Notes: generated by a model from the sequence alone, not told the origin. Numbered from the stretch's first letter, positions 36,846 through 47,662 are shown. The stretch is DNA of 64,000 nucleotides from an uncultured Candidatus Micrarchaeota archaeon (GCA_963741095.1 CAVUGN010000005.1:64001-128000); one strand, 5' to 3'. Numbers and translations: made by a program.

Positions 36846-37610
36846 TCATTGCGGCAGGTGCCTGAGCAGACCGCTTATGTCCTTGTCCTCGATTATGAAG
36901 CTCGCCGCCGCTCTTACGTCAGCGCTCTTCGTGTTTATGACGACGGGCAATCCGACTCTCCCTAGTATGGGTATGTCGTTTCTTGCATCGCCGACGTAGG
37001 AGCACTGCTGCATGCCGATGTTCATCTCGCGGCATATGCTGCGCAGCGCCGTGACCTTGCCCTCGTCGTCCAGGCCGGTTATTATGCCGCCCTTCAGCCT
37101 GCCGCTCTTGCTGAAGATCAGCTCGTTCGCCAGGTAGAGATAATCGACCTTTATATCGTACTTCTTGGCGAAGAGGTCGTAGACGTTCCTTATGCCGCCG
37201 GATATGATGGCCGTCTTTATGCCCCGCTTTTCCAGCTCGCTGAACAGCTCCTTGGTTCCGGGCATGATCTCGGTCTGGTTCATTATTATGTCCTCGAGCA
37301 TCTGCCTCGTCAGTCCGTGCTTTTTGAAGTTGTCGATGGACTTCGACACCCAGGTCACGTAGTCGAACTCCCCGCGGTAATAGGCGTCGCGCATCTCCCT
37401 GCGCTCGGCTTCCGCGCCCAGCGCGTCGCCGATTAGCTCCCATGTTGATTTCTTGACGAACTCCCAGGTGCTCTTCGAACCGGGACTGTGGATCAGAGTG
37501 CCCTCGAAATCGAAGACCGCGAGTTTTATGCTGTGGACCCTGTGGCTGCTGCCGCTCGCTGAGGCATTTTGCACCGCTGCGGCGTTGGCATTCGCCTGTT
37601 TTTCAGCCAT
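36846..37610 (-). CDS. HAD-IB phosphoserine-phosphatase-like hydrolase
   Basis: FDFEGTL, ISGG, GDARND. Confidence 0.85.
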   Translation of the reverse strand: MAEKQANANAAAVQNASASGSSHRVHSIKLAVFDFEGTLIHSPGSKSTWEFVKKSTWELIGDALGAEAERREMRDAYYRGEFDYVTWVSKSIDNFKKHGLTRQMLEDIIMNQTEIMPGTKELFSELEKRGIKTAIISGGIRNVYDLFAKKYDIKVDYLYLANELIFSKSGRLKGGIITGLDDEGKVTALRSICREMNIGMQQCSYVGDARNDIPILGRVGLPVVINTKSADVRAAASFIIEDKDISGLLRHLPQ

Positions 37611-37778
37611 GGAATTCACGTTATGGCTGTTCTGTTCTGTCAGATATTTATGACTTTTTATTAAAAATGTGAAAATTTAGGAGCGATAGTTCGTAATTGG
37701 ACTACGCAGGATAAATTGCATATATAAGTTTAAAAGATACATTTATATATCTAATTGATATATAGATAATTGATAAAC

Positions 37779-38057
37779 ATGGCTTCGGAAAAACAGGTCC
37801 AGATGCAGATTCAGCATTCACCTACATTGAACACTGTGCTCATGGTTGAAAAAGTCCTTAGGGATAGTAAGGAAGTTATCAAGATATCGGAGCTGAAACG
37901 AAGATTGCCTAGAAAGGTGATGCATTCGACTCTTCTTGAGATTTTGGATTATCTTCAAGTTAGTGGCAAGATACTGATAACTACGAAGGGGGTGGTGTGG
38001 ACTTACACCCCCAAAGACGCGATGGATAAACTGATAAAAGGAGGGTTGGAACTGTGA
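37779..38057 (+). CDS. Putative antitoxin / wHTH protein
   Basis: HSPTLNTVLMVE...LEILDYL; GTGA overlap with RelE-like gene. Confidence 0.7.
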   Translation: MASEKQVQMQIQHSPTLNTVLMVEKVLRDSKEVIKISELKRRLPRKVMHSTLLEILDYLQVSGKILITTKGVVWTYTPKDAMDKLIKGGLEL

Positions 38058-38419
38058 AGACACCGAAAATCATAAGACTGATTCTCAAAAACCAGGCTAA
38101 AGAGGCATACGAAATGCTTTGTAAGGTTGTAGAAGAGTAGAGAGATAAGGGAAGGACGAACTCGGAGGAGATGCAATTGCTGAAATCGATAAACAATAAG
38201 ATAGAGATTCTCAAGTACAATCCGACGTACGGGCAGGGCATGGCAAAAGAGCAGATACCAAAGACCCTTGATGTCGATAATTTATTCAGAGTGGAACTTA
38301 CCCATTATTGGAGGATGCTGTACACAATCAGGACCAATGAGGTGGAGATAGTGAATTTTGTCTTGTACATAATAGATCACAAAGAGTACGACAGGATGTT
38401 GGGCTACAGAAAAAGATGA
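38054..38419 (+). pseudogene. RelE/ParE-like toxin with in-frame TAG at 38138-38140
   Basis: GTG 38054 in frame with 38171 ORF; LFRVEL..YWRMLYTI...DHKEYD. Confidence 0.65.
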
Positions 38420-38478
38420 TTGTTGGAAGGTTCCCGGCAATCTGGATTTCGATGCCTGTTTTTATTTTAAAGATAAGA

Positions 38479-38564
38479 TGCAAGGAGAGAGATTTGAACT
38501 CTCGAACCCGCTAGGGGATCAGGCCCTGAACCTGACGCATTTGACCAAGCTTTGCTATCCTTGC
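38479..38564 (-). tRNA. tRNA-Leu(CAG)
   Basis: GCAAGGA/TCCTTGC-A; TCAGG-TTCAGGG-CCTGA; long variable arm; TTCAAAT loop. Confidence 0.95.
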
Positions 38565-38631
38565 ATGATTCTGTTTGGCAACTTCAGGATTTATATCTTA
38601 TTATCTAAGTGATATTGCTTTATTGGTTTCT

Positions 38632-39954
38632 ATGGCGCAGAAGAATGAGATAAGCGTGTGGCTCGCGACGGCCGTGGGGCTCGGCGCGATAATCGGCGCG
38701 GGCATATTCGTGCTCAGCGGCACCGCCATAGCGCTGGCGGGCGCAGACGCGCTGATAGCCTTTCTGTTGGTCGGCATCGTCGCGCTCATAATCGCGCTGG
38801 AGCTGGGAGAGCTGGGGTCGCTGATGCCGCATGAGAAGGGCGCATCGTACTCGTACACGTACAAGGCCTTCGGCAGCGAGCTTGGATTCATAACCGGCAT
38901 ACTGCGGTACGTGGCGCTTGCCACTTCGATATCAGCCATAGCACTCGGGTTCGGCTCCTACCTGTCCAGCGTTTTGGGAATCTCGATCAGCGCCTACGCG
39001 ATACCGTTCGCGATAGCCCTGATAGCCGTGCTCGCCGTAGTGAACATGTTTGGAGTCAAGAAGGCTGCGCAGATGGACTTCGGTCTGGTCAGCCTTAAGC
39101 TGATAATACTCGTGGTGTTCGTGGCCTTTGCGATCTACGCCGCGTTCACCAACCCGCACCTGGGCCTGGCCAACGTCTCCTTCAACCTATCAGAGGGCGC
39201 GCTGGGCGGCATATTCGCAGCCAGCGTTGTCGTTTTCTTTGCGTACTCCGGCTTCCAGTCCATATCGTCCATCACCGACAGGATAGAAGGAGGCTCTTCC
39301 GGCTATGTCAAGTCGATACTCGGCGCAGTGACGATAAGCATGATCGCGTACGTGCTCGTAGTGTTCGCGCTGCTGCTTCTTCTCCCTCCTTCGGCGTACG
39401 TGGTCTCCGCCGACCCGCTCTCGTACGCGCTCAAGAGCGTCGGCGCGCCGTCGTGGCTGGTCGTCGTTGTGGACATCGGCGCGCTCTTGGCAACGGCCTC
39501 GGCCACTCTCGCGATGATACTCACCTCGTCAAGGTCACTCTATCAGATGAGCTCCGACAGACTGCTGCCCAAGTTCCTCAGGAGGTACAACAAGAGCAAC
39601 GACACGGCGGTGAACGGCATAATAGTCTCGGCTATGATAGGGGTGGCGATGCTGTTCGCGGGCAACATCTACATCATCGCCTCGATCGCGAACTTCGGCC
39701 TGATGTTCGATTACATTGTCGTAGGCTTTGACGTCATGCATTTCAGGAGGATCGGCAGCAAATCCAAGTTCAGGATGCCCCTGTATCCCTACCTTCCGAT
39801 CATAGGCATAGGGATGCTGCTGGTGTTCTTCACGGGCATGCCCACGGAGGTGCTGGCCGCCGGCGTGGTGCTGGTTCTGCTGCTGATAATCGTGTACTAC
39901 GCGCTCAGGGAGGTCAGGCATAAGAAGGTGATAAGGGTAAAGCTGTTTGATTAG
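38632..39954 (+). CDS. APC-family amino acid permease
   Basis: GAIIGAGIF, FFAYSGF, ~12 TMs. Confidence 0.9.
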   Translation: MAQKNEISVWLATAVGLGAIIGAGIFVLSGTAIALAGADALIAFLLVGIVALIIALELGELGSLMPHEKGASYSYTYKAFGSELGFITGILRYVALATSISAIALGFGSYLSSVLGISISAYAIPFAIALIAVLAVVNMFGVKKAAQMDFGLVSLKLIILVVFVAFAIYAAFTNPHLGLANVSFNLSEGALGGIFAASVVVFFAYSGFQSISSITDRIEGGSSGYVKSILGAVTISMIAYVLVVFALLLLLPPSAYVVSADPLSYALKSVGAPSWLVVVVDIGALLATASATLAMILTSSRSLYQMSSDRLLPKFLRRYNKSNDTAVNGIIVSAMIGVAMLFAGNIYIIASIANFGLMFDYIVVGFDVMHFRRIGSKSKFRMPLYPYLPIIGIGMLLVFFTGMPTEVLAAGVVLVLLLIIVYYALREVRHKKVIRVKLFD

Positions 39955-39958
39955 TGGT

Positions 39959-41131
39959 ATGATGCTGGTTGGGATAGTGGGGGCGCCGAACAAGGGCAAG
40001 AGCACTCTCTTCTCGGCAATGACCATGAGCGACGTCGCCATAGCCGATTATCCGTTCACAACCATAGACCCTAATCTGGGGGTCTCTTACGCCACGAAGG
40101 AGTGCGTCGAAAAGGAGCTGGGGGTGAAGTGTAAGCCCAGGAATTCGCTCTGCGTCGACGGGATAAGGAAACTGCCGGTCAATCTCGTCGACGTCGCCGG
40201 CCTTGTCGAAGGCGCACACGAAGGGAAGGGCATGGGGAACCAGTTCCTCAACGACCTCGCCGCCTCTGACGCATTGCTCCTTGTCGTCGACGCGAGCGGG
40301 AGGACGGATCCGACGGGCAACAGGAGCGAGGATTCGAACCCCTCGGACGACATGAGGATGGTCATGAAGGAGCTCACGGAATGGCTGGCCTCGATAATAA
40401 AGAGGCACATGAACGTCATATCCAGGGCGGACGACGGCGTCGAGGCGCTCACCCAGGTCCTGACAGGGCTCAAGGCCACCAGGGAAGGCATAGAGAAGGC
40501 CGCAGGGCAGGCCTACCTGACGACCTCGAAGATAAACTGGAAGGACAAGGACATTCTCGCTTTCTCCGAGGCGCTCATCGGGAACACGAAGCCTATCTTG
40601 GTGATCGCCAACAAGGCGGACATGAAGGGAGCGGAAAAGAACATAGAGGCGCTGAAGAAGGAGTTCGGGGCCGACAATGTGATAGCCTGCTCCGCAGCGA
40701 TAGAGCTTGCGCTGAAGAAGGCCGAATCGAAGGGCATCATAAGCTACGCGCCAGGAGCCAGGGATTTCAAGATACTGAAGGAGATAAGCAAGGAGCAGTC
40801 CGATGCTCTCGCCTACATGCTCGGGTTCGTCAAGGCGAACGGCACCGGAGTCCAGGAGGTGCTCAACAGGGTGGTCTTCACGCTTCTCGGCAACATCGTG
40901 GTCTACCCGGTCGAGGACGAGAGCAAGTACACCGACCATTTCGGCAACACTCTCCCCGATGCTATACTGATAAGGAGGGGATCGAAGGCGGTGGACCTCG
41001 CGGCGAAGATACACACGGACCTCGCAAAAGGGATGCTCTACGCGATCGACGCGAGGAGCAAGATGAGGCTCGGCAAGGACTACGTGCTGAAGGACAACGA
41101 CGTGATAAAGATAGTCAGCGCCGCGAAGTGA
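39959..41131 (+). CDS. ychF: YchF/Obg-family translation-associated NTPase with TGS domain
   Basis: GAPNKGKST, YPFTTIDPN, DVAGLV, GNQFL, NKAD. Confidence 0.92.
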   Translation: MMLVGIVGAPNKGKSTLFSAMTMSDVAIADYPFTTIDPNLGVSYATKECVEKELGVKCKPRNSLCVDGIRKLPVNLVDVAGLVEGAHEGKGMGNQFLNDLAASDALLLVVDASGRTDPTGNRSEDSNPSDDMRMVMKELTEWLASIIKRHMNVISRADDGVEALTQVLTGLKATREGIEKAAGQAYLTTSKINWKDKDILAFSEALIGNTKPILVIANKADMKGAEKNIEALKKEFGADNVIACSAAIELALKKAESKGIISYAPGARDFKILKEISKEQSDALAYMLGFVKANGTGVQEVLNRVVFTLLGNIVVYPVEDESKYTDHFGNTLPDAILIRRGSKAVDLAAKIHTDLAKGMLYAIDARSKMRLGKDYVLKDNDVIKIVSAAK

Positions 41132-41193
41132 CGTACCGCGGCCCATAGAACAGTTTATATAAGTTTTATCCCATTATCATTTGACTGATGAGC

Positions 41194-41352
41194 ATGGCAG
41201 ACGTATTTGCACCGCAATCCGGAGCAGGAGTGATGAGTTTCTACGATGCGAAGACGAACGGGCCCAGGATAAACCCGAAGCTGATGCTCGCGATAGTCAT
41301 CCTTTTCACGGTAATAGTGCTGGTGCTCGACCACATCGCATTCTCCGCTTGA
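41194..41352 (+). CDS. secG: Preprotein translocase Sec61beta (not in ORF track)
   Basis: MADVFAPQSGAGVMSFYDAKTNGPRINPK plus one TM, typical SxAGxxxFY..P.I.P motif. Confidence 0.85.
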   Translation: MADVFAPQSGAGVMSFYDAKTNGPRINPKLMLAIVILFTVIVLVLDHIAFSA

Positions 41353-41355
41353 GGA

Positions 41356-42254
41356 TCAGGCTATCTTGAAGATGTCCTTCCTAAGCTCCGTGACGTCGCC
41401 GCTCTCGGACATTATGTAGAGTATCGCCCTTATCCCGTCCTCTTCTATGCCGGTGTCCTTTGAAATGTCCTCGACGTTCTTGCTCTTGTCGCCGAGCGAC
41501 CCCATGATCTTCGGCGCGTTCTGGTTTATGAACATCCTTGTCGCGACGTAGAACTTCTTGTTGAACGCCCTCGTGCCCAGCACCAGGCCGTGCCGTATGC
41601 TGTCCTCTATCGCTGCCGAAAGGCTCGATGCGTCGGCCTCGTTCTGGAGGACGACGAATCCCTTCGTTTCGAGCAGGGTAGTGTTGGCGCTGCTCCCGCC
41701 CAGTTTCTGCTCCCACTGCTTCTGCCTCGGGGAGGGTTCGGCCGGCTTCGTGCTTGATGCGGGGATCACGATGGACGGCGCTGCACCGCCCGCCTTCTGC
41801 CTCTTCCCGTACAGGAACATGTCGTAGATGTTCTTCGCTATCCCGTACTTGAATTCCTGCTCGTTGGCCTTCTTGAACAGGCTGACGAACTTCTTCTTGA
41901 TTAGCAACTGGAGCGTCTGCCTCTCGTCGGGAGAGAGCATCGCGTTGACCTTGTCCTTGGTTCTGTCGTTGTACCTTAGCGTATCGAGTTTCTGCAGTAT
42001 CGCAAGCTCCTTGGCGTCGACCGCTACGCTCGCGCTCGGCTGCTGCACCGGAACGGAGGGCCCGGTCGTCTGGAGCTTAGTGAGAAGGTCGACTATGTCG
42101 TTCTTCTTCGCGAACAGGAAGCTCTTGCCGGAGAACTTGAAGAAATCGACATCGTCGCCGTCCTTTATCCCGAGTTCGGTTATCACGTCGGTCGGTATGT
42201 AGACGACAAGCCTGCTGCTTTCCTTTGATTTGTAGACCTTTGAGATTTACCCAC
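41356..42254 (-). CDS. AbrB-like N-terminal / wHTH C-terminal protein (apparent frameshift near start)
   Basis: SRLVVYIPTDVITELGIKDGDDVDF AbrB pattern extends upstream of the called GTG 42186. Confidence 0.6.
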
Positions 42255-42344
42255 CGCAGTGTTCTGACTTTACGGTATATTGTGGTATGCAAAGCTTAAA
42301 AGGTTTAAGTCCGTAGTAGAAACGGATGTGTTTGGGATGATTTT

Positions 42345-42812
42345 ATGGATGATGAAATAGTGCCGATGGAGGAGCTCAAAAGGCTGATCAAGTCGATACT
42401 CGATAACGGTTTCACCATGAGCCTGGCGACTCTCGACGAGATGGGCGTCTGGGCCGCTACCGTCACCTACATCCATGACGAGAATTATAACCTCTACTGG
42501 CTGTCCCGCACCGATACCCGGCATTCCGAAGCGGTATTGAAGAACGCCAATGTGGCCGCAACCATCACGCTGAGCGACAACCCCAGCAGGGAGGTGATCG
42601 GCCTGCAGATCAGCGGCATCGCCGAAAAGCTGAAGGGCGAACCGGGCAGCGAGATCGTGGAGGAGAGGGTGATAAAGTCGCACAACGGGCCGCCGGCGCA
42701 TGAGGACGGTTCGCTCTATCCCATCACCGCGTGGTACAAGCTGACCCCGAAGAAGATAGAGCTGATGCACGTGCCGCTCTACGGCTTCAACAAGAAGGTC
42801 TTGGAGCTATAG
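42345..42812 (+). CDS. Pyridoxamine 5'-phosphate oxidase-like FMN-binding protein
   Basis: MSLAT, LYWLS..TRHS...N.NVA.TI, GLQISG. Confidence 0.85.
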   Translation: MDDEIVPMEELKRLIKSILDNGFTMSLATLDEMGVWAATVTYIHDENYNLYWLSRTDTRHSEAVLKNANVAATITLSDNPSREVIGLQISGIAEKLKGEPGSEIVEERVIKSHNGPPAHEDGSLYPITAWYKLTPKKIELMHVPLYGFNKKVLEL

Positions 42813-42822
42813 GCGCCTGGCT

Positions 42823-43719
42823 ATGCGAATGGAAAAGCTCTTCGGGCATAACGCCAACAGAAGGGACCTGATTCTTGCATCAAAGAAGAGGAGCGCTTAT
42901 TCTGACAAGTATTCCAACGGCAAAGTCGTTGTCATAGGCGGCAGCGAATCCTTCCACGGAGCGCCAGTGCTGGCTTCAAGGGCCGCGGACAACACGCTTG
43001 CGGCGTTGAGGGTCGGAGCGGGCTATGCGATAACCTGCGTGCCGAAGGGCATCGAAACTGCCGTGAGGAAGGTCTCGCCGGAACTGGTTGTAAGGACGCT
43101 AAGCGGGAAGAATCTCAATCCGAAGGACTTGAAAAGTTTGGAAAAGATTTCGGAGAGGGCTGGCGCAATAGTCATTGGCCCTGGACTGGGCAGGAGCAGG
43201 GGAACGCTGAGCACCATAGCAAAACTCGTCGACAGCTCATGCAAGAAGGGCAAGAGGATCGTTGTCGATGCTGATGCGCTCTACGCGGTCCGATGCATGA
43301 AAAAGCTCGGCAGGAATGTTCTGATAACGCCCAATGCTTTTGAATTCCAGCTTTTCTACAAGCGCAAACTGGACCAGAAGGATCTGGCATCGCGCATCGG
43401 TGCGGCAATCGATGTCGCAAACAGGCTCGGCGTGAATGTACTTCTTAAGGGGCACGAGACCGTTGTCACTGACGGAAAAAGGTACAAGATTATCTCATCC
43501 CACTCGTCGGCGCTGGCCACCATGGGCACAGGAGACGTGCTTTCGGGGATGATAGGCGGATTCGCAGTAGGGAACAGCGACATGTTCGTTGCGGCAGTGG
43601 CTGGAGCCTACCTTCAGGCACAGGTGGGCGATAGTTTATATAAAAAGAAGGGTAACCATATAATTGCGACTGACGTGATAGACGCGATACCAGGCGTCTT
43701 CCGGTCTAATCGCGCATAG
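42823..43719 (+). CDS. nnrD: ADP-dependent NAD(P)HX dehydratase
   Basis: GGSESFHGAP, GPGLGR, VDADAL, LKG, GTGDVLSG. Confidence 0.92.
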   Translation: MRMEKLFGHNANRRDLILASKKRSAYSDKYSNGKVVVIGGSESFHGAPVLASRAADNTLAALRVGAGYAITCVPKGIETAVRKVSPELVVRTLSGKNLNPKDLKSLEKISERAGAIVIGPGLGRSRGTLSTIAKLVDSSCKKGKRIVVDADALYAVRCMKKLGRNVLITPNAFEFQLFYKRKLDQKDLASRIGAAIDVANRLGVNVLLKGHETVVTDGKRYKIISSHSSALATMGTGDVLSGMIGGFAVGNSDMFVAAVAGAYLQAQVGDSLYKKKGNHIIATDVIDAIPGVFRSNRA

Positions 43720-43727
43720 TGTGTCAT

Positions 43728-45611
43728 ATGGCAGTGCCGTACGCAGCGTTAAGGGCAGAGATTGCAAAGCTTGTTGACGATGCAGCGGTCGCGCTGGGTT
43801 ACGGCGAGACCAATTCGTTGGAGAGCATAGGATTCTCGGAACAGTTCGGGGATTTCTCCTGCTCCATCGCATTCAGGCTCGCAAAGGAGAAGAAAAAGAG
43901 CGCCGACGAGATAGCGACTGCGCTCGTCTCGAAGCTCGGCAAGTCGGCGTACGTGAAAAGCACTGAGGTGAAGAACGGATTCATCAATTTCACCGTGGAC
44001 AGGGGCAAATTCACAAAGGCGGTCATAGAGCATGTGCTTGAGAAGAAGGAACTTGTTGTGAGATCCGATGTAGGCAACGGGAAAAAGGTCATCATCGAGT
44101 ACCCGAGCGTCAATCCGGCGCATCCCTGGCACATCGGCCACCTCAGAAGCGCCTTCCTCGGAGACGTCATATCGAACGCCTACGAAGCGTGCGGCTACGT
44201 GGTTGAGCGCGAGGATTACATAGACGACATGGGCCTGCAGGTCGGCCAGGCGGTCTGGGGCCAGATGCACGACGAGCTGATAAAGGTCGGCAACAAGGAT
44301 GAGAAGAAATTTGATCATTGGCTTGGGGAGTTGTACGTTGCGGTGAGCGCTTATGCGCAATCCCACGACATCACAGAGCAGGTCAATGAGACTCTTGAAC
44401 ACATGGAGCAGGATGGCACCTACGAGCACGAGATCGCGAAGAAACTGACTGAGGAATGCGTAAGATCGTACTATCAGACCGCTTTCGATTACAACATTTA
44501 TCATGACATACTCGTTTGGGAGAGCAGCATACTTCGGGAAAAGCTGTTCGAGAAAGCCTTGGAGATGCTCAAGGCAAAGAAGGTTGTGACGTTCATGGAG
44601 AATGGCGACTATGAGCACTGCACAGTCATAAATTTCGAGAACATCGAGAACCTTCCGAAGGAGTTCAGGGGCATGAAGGAGAAAGTCAAGGTGCTCGTCA
44701 GGAGCAATGGCGTGCCCACCTATGTGGCAAAGGACATAGCCTTCCACATGTGGAAGTTGGGACTGCTGCCGAACACGTTCAAGTACAGCAAGTTCATCGA
44801 GAAGCAGCCGAACGGAAAGGTGCTGTACACGACCTCCGATGAGGGGGCTAACGTCAGCTTCGGCAACGTCGACAGGGCGATAAACTTCATAGACGCAAGG
44901 CAGAGCAGCGAACAAGAAACGGTGAGGCTTGCGCTCAATTCTCTGGGAGAGACCAAGGCGGCAAACGGGCTTATGCATGTGGCCTACGGGTTGGTTGCTC
45001 TGGAAGAGGGGACCGTTTCGGCAAGGAAAGGAACAGGCACAGGGTACAGCGCCGACGAACTTTTGAAGGAGACGAAGGACAAGGCGCTGTCGTTGATAAA
45101 GACACGGTTCGATTTCGGCACTGACGAGCAGGAAATGATCGCGAAGAATGTCGCTCTCTCTGCAATAAGGTTCGAATACCTTAGGATAAGTCCAGAAAGG
45201 AAGGTCATATTCTCATGGGAGAAGGCCCTGGACTTCGAAGGCAATTCGGGACCTTACGCGCAGTACAGCTACGCAAGGGCTACAAGGATACTCGAAGGCG
45301 CGCCCAGATCAGGCGGCAAGAGCGTGGATTTCACTAAGATAACCACGGATGCCGAATTCGATGTTGTGAAACTGATCTCCAAGGCAAGCGCGATACTGGA
45401 GAAGACATGCAACGAGTACAGGCCGAATGTGATAACTGAGTACATAAACGAACTTGCACACGCATTCGCGAAGTTCTACGAGCTGGCGCCGGTCCTGAAG
45501 GCCGAATCGGAAGAGACAAAAACAGCGAGGCTCGCGCTCGTGTCCACGTTCAGGTATGTCGTCAAGGGCATGCTCAACGTGCTCGGGATAGAGCCCTTGG
45601 AGAGGATGTAG
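43728..45611 (+). CDS. argS: Arginyl-tRNA synthetase
   Basis: SVNPAHPWHIGHLR, RSNGVPTY, GNSGPYAQYSYAR, C-terminal ERM. Confidence 0.96.
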   Translation: MAVPYAALRAEIAKLVDDAAVALGYGETNSLESIGFSEQFGDFSCSIAFRLAKEKKKSADEIATALVSKLGKSAYVKSTEVKNGFINFTVDRGKFTKAVIEHVLEKKELVVRSDVGNGKKVIIEYPSVNPAHPWHIGHLRSAFLGDVISNAYEACGYVVEREDYIDDMGLQVGQAVWGQMHDELIKVGNKDEKKFDHWLGELYVAVSAYAQSHDITEQVNETLEHMEQDGTYEHEIAKKLTEECVRSYYQTAFDYNIYHDILVWESSILREKLFEKALEMLKAKKVVTFMENGDYEHCTVINFENIENLPKEFRGMKEKVKVLVRSNGVPTYVAKDIAFHMWKLGLLPNTFKYSKFIEKQPNGKVLYTTSDEGANVSFGNVDRAINFIDARQSSEQETVRLALNSLGETKAANGLMHVAYGLVALEEGTVSARKGTGTGYSADELLKETKDKALSLIKTRFDFGTDEQEMIAKNVALSAIRFEYLRISPERKVIFSWEKALDFEGNSGPYAQYSYARATRILEGAPRSGGKSVDFTKITTDAEFDVVKLISKASAILEKTCNEYRPNVITEYINELAHAFAKFYELAPVLKAESEETKTARLALVSTFRYVVKGMLNVLGIEPLERM

Positions 45612-46428
45612 ACTTGTAGGAATCTCTTAGAAATTCGACGCCGTAGGCTTCCACCGATTTTGAGGCGACCTCCACCGCTTTTTTTAGTGAATTGGGAACA
45701 CTCTCGCCCTTTGCCCTGAGGACAAGAAAGACAGCTGCCAGGACGTCCCCGGCGCCAGTCTTGTCGACAACTTTTCTTGGCGTGGCAGGAACGTCGTAGG
45801 ATTCATCGCCTTCGACGAAGGTAGCGCCGTATTTCCCTTTCTTGATTATCCTTGTCTTGGATGTGCATCCCGCAATCAATTCCTTCTCCTTCTGGTCAAT
45901 GAAGGTGATATCGGCCATGTTGAACGCCTTCAGCACGCCACCGAAATCGCTTGAAAGGAATGCCTCGTGCGTGTCTATGCTTATTGCCGCCTTGCTCTTG
46001 CCCCTGAGATATTTTATCAATTGCATCTGGACGTCTGGTGGGCTTGTCGCGATGTGGATGTACCTCGAATCGAGATATCGCTCGGGTATGTCGCTAGGCT
46101 GGATGGTGCATTCTTTGCCCCGCTCCGCGCGGAAGGTTCTGTCTTGTCCGTCCTCCGAGAGGTATGTGTGGATGAATTTGGTTGTTTTGGCGCTGCCGAT
46201 CACCTTTAGGCCTGTCAAATCTATTCCAAGTCCATCCAGTTTTTCGATCGGGAAGTCGTGCCCGACACGGGAAACAATTCCGATGTTCTTTGAGAACAAA
46301 GACGCTGGAAGTATTGAGTAGTAAGCAGCGCCGCCTATGTTTGTTACCACGCGATCCTTGCCGCTGTCTCTTCCAGGAAAGGTGTTGACATCGAAAGCGG
46401 TATCGCCCATGACGATTAGGTCAAACAT
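45574..46428 (-). CDS. PfkB-family kinase (cytidine/nucleoside kinase-like)
   Basis: GGAAYY, VDKTGAGD. Confidence 0.9.
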   Translation of the reverse strand: MFDLIVMGDTAFDVNTFPGRDSGKDRVVTNIGGAAYYSILPASLFSKNIGIVSRVGHDFPIEKLDGLGIDLTGLKVIGSAKTTKFIHTYLSEDGQDRTFRAERGKECTIQPSDIPERYLDSRYIHIATSPPDVQMQLIKYLRGKSKAAISIDTHEAFLSSDFGGVLKAFNMADITFIDQKEKELIAGCTSKTRIIKKGKYGATFVEGDESYDVPATPRKVVDKTGAGDVLAAVFLVLRAKGESVPNSLKKAVEVASKSVEAYGVEFLRDSYKSTSSPRALSRAR

Positions 46429-46520
46429 GTGATTCTATATCCGTTAGAATCCGATAATATTTATTGTGTTTGGCTGCCTTAGATATGATTTAATAAGGTT
46501 TTATCCACTATCTATTGTGA

Positions 46521-46595
46521 GGGCCCGTAGCTCAGCTTGGATAGAGCGACATCCTCCTAAGGTGAAGGTCGTGGGTTCAAATCCCACTGGGCCCG
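46521..46595 (+). tRNA. tRNA-Arg(CCT)
   Basis: GGGCCCG/TGGGCCC-G; loop CTCCTAA; GTGGG-TTCAAAT-CCCAC. Confidence 0.92.
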
Positions 46596-46618
46596 TATGA
46601 TTATTGTTTGGGGATAAG

Positions 46619-47662
46619 ATGGCGAAAAATGTAAAGAAAACGGAAAAGGAGCCGGTTTTCATCATAAGGCCGGCGATGAAGAACTACGGGCTCGACTACC
46701 TGCACATATCGCTCATAGTCCTTGTCATCATACTCGTGGGGCTTGCGCTTGCGCTCTCGTTCTTCAAGCAGGGCACGGTGCTGCAGAACTGCAGCTACGG
46801 CATCGTCAACGGGACGTGCGTTGCCCTGAAGTACAACAGCACGCAGGCGTTGGCGTCCGCGGAGCGCATACTCGCCTCTTACTCGCAGATAAACACGACC
46901 TTGGCGCTCCTGCCCTACTACTCGCTTGTCAACCGGTCAAGCGTCTCCTACCTTCAAAACCAGAGCGAGTGGCTTGTCGTGATACCTTACATCGACCCAT
47001 TGGCCGGCAACGAGGTCTCGAACATGACCATGATTCTCAACGGCAACGACCTCTCGCTTGCAAGCGCATCCTTGGAGACGATAAAGCCCGTGTACTACAC
47101 TAACGACAGCGTCTCGGGCCTGGGCGCGGTGGACCTCTACGGAAAGGCGCTCTGCTCTTCGACGAAGCCCGTGCCGGTCTACCTGATAACCGATCCCTAC
47201 GCCCCCGGGGCGATAGCGAGCATGTACGATGCGATCAGCACGAGCAGCGAGTTCGCGGGCTCGGTGAACATGAGCTACGACTTCGTATTCACCAACTACG
47301 CCATCAAGTTCTACAACAGCTCCAGTGTCGGCAAGACCCAGGCGCTTGGCGAGTATCTGATGTGCGCCTCGAGGCAGCCCAGCCGCCTTGCGGCATTCCT
47401 GGCGAACCTCAGCATAATCTACCTTGGCACTCCAATCGACAGCAGCGTCCTTGGTGAGGTGGAAGCCGGTGCAAAGATGAACGAGAGCAGCTTCAACGCA
47501 TGCCTGAGCAACGCGACTTCGACGCTTAACAGCCAGGCGGCTCTGGCGCATCTTTACGGGATTACGTCCACACCGGAGTTCGTGGTCGATTGCAAGTACG
47601 CCGCGATACCGCAGACCGTAGGGTACGCGATAAACTACACGCTGAAATCTCTGAAGAGCTGA
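46619..47662 (+). CDS. Membrane-anchored exported protein with DsbA/thioredoxin-like domain
   Basis: N-terminal TM; FNACL...YGITSTPEFVVD; CxxC absent. Confidence 0.6.
   Translation: MAKNVKKTEKEPVFIIRPAMKNYGLDYLHISLIVLVIILVGLALALSFFKQGTVLQNCSYGIVNGTCVALKYNSTQALASAERILASYSQINTTLALLPYYSLVNRSSVSYLQNQSEWLVVIPYIDPLAGNEVSNMTMILNGNDLSLASASLETIKPVYYTNDSVSGLGAVDLYGKALCSSTKPVPVYLITDPYAPGAIASMYDAISTSSEFAGSVNMSYDFVFTNYAIKFYNSSSVGKTQALGEYLMCASRQPSRLAAFLANLSIIYLGTPIDSSVLGEVEAGAKMNESSFNACLSNATSTLNSQAALAHLYGITSTPEFVVDCKYAAIPQTVGYAINYTLKSLKS

Noticed and set aside
15542-38140. Genome-wide stop-codon reassignment suggested by internal TGA and TAG
   Set aside because: Conserved genes here end properly at TGA (ahcY, ychF) and TAG (argS, nnrD)
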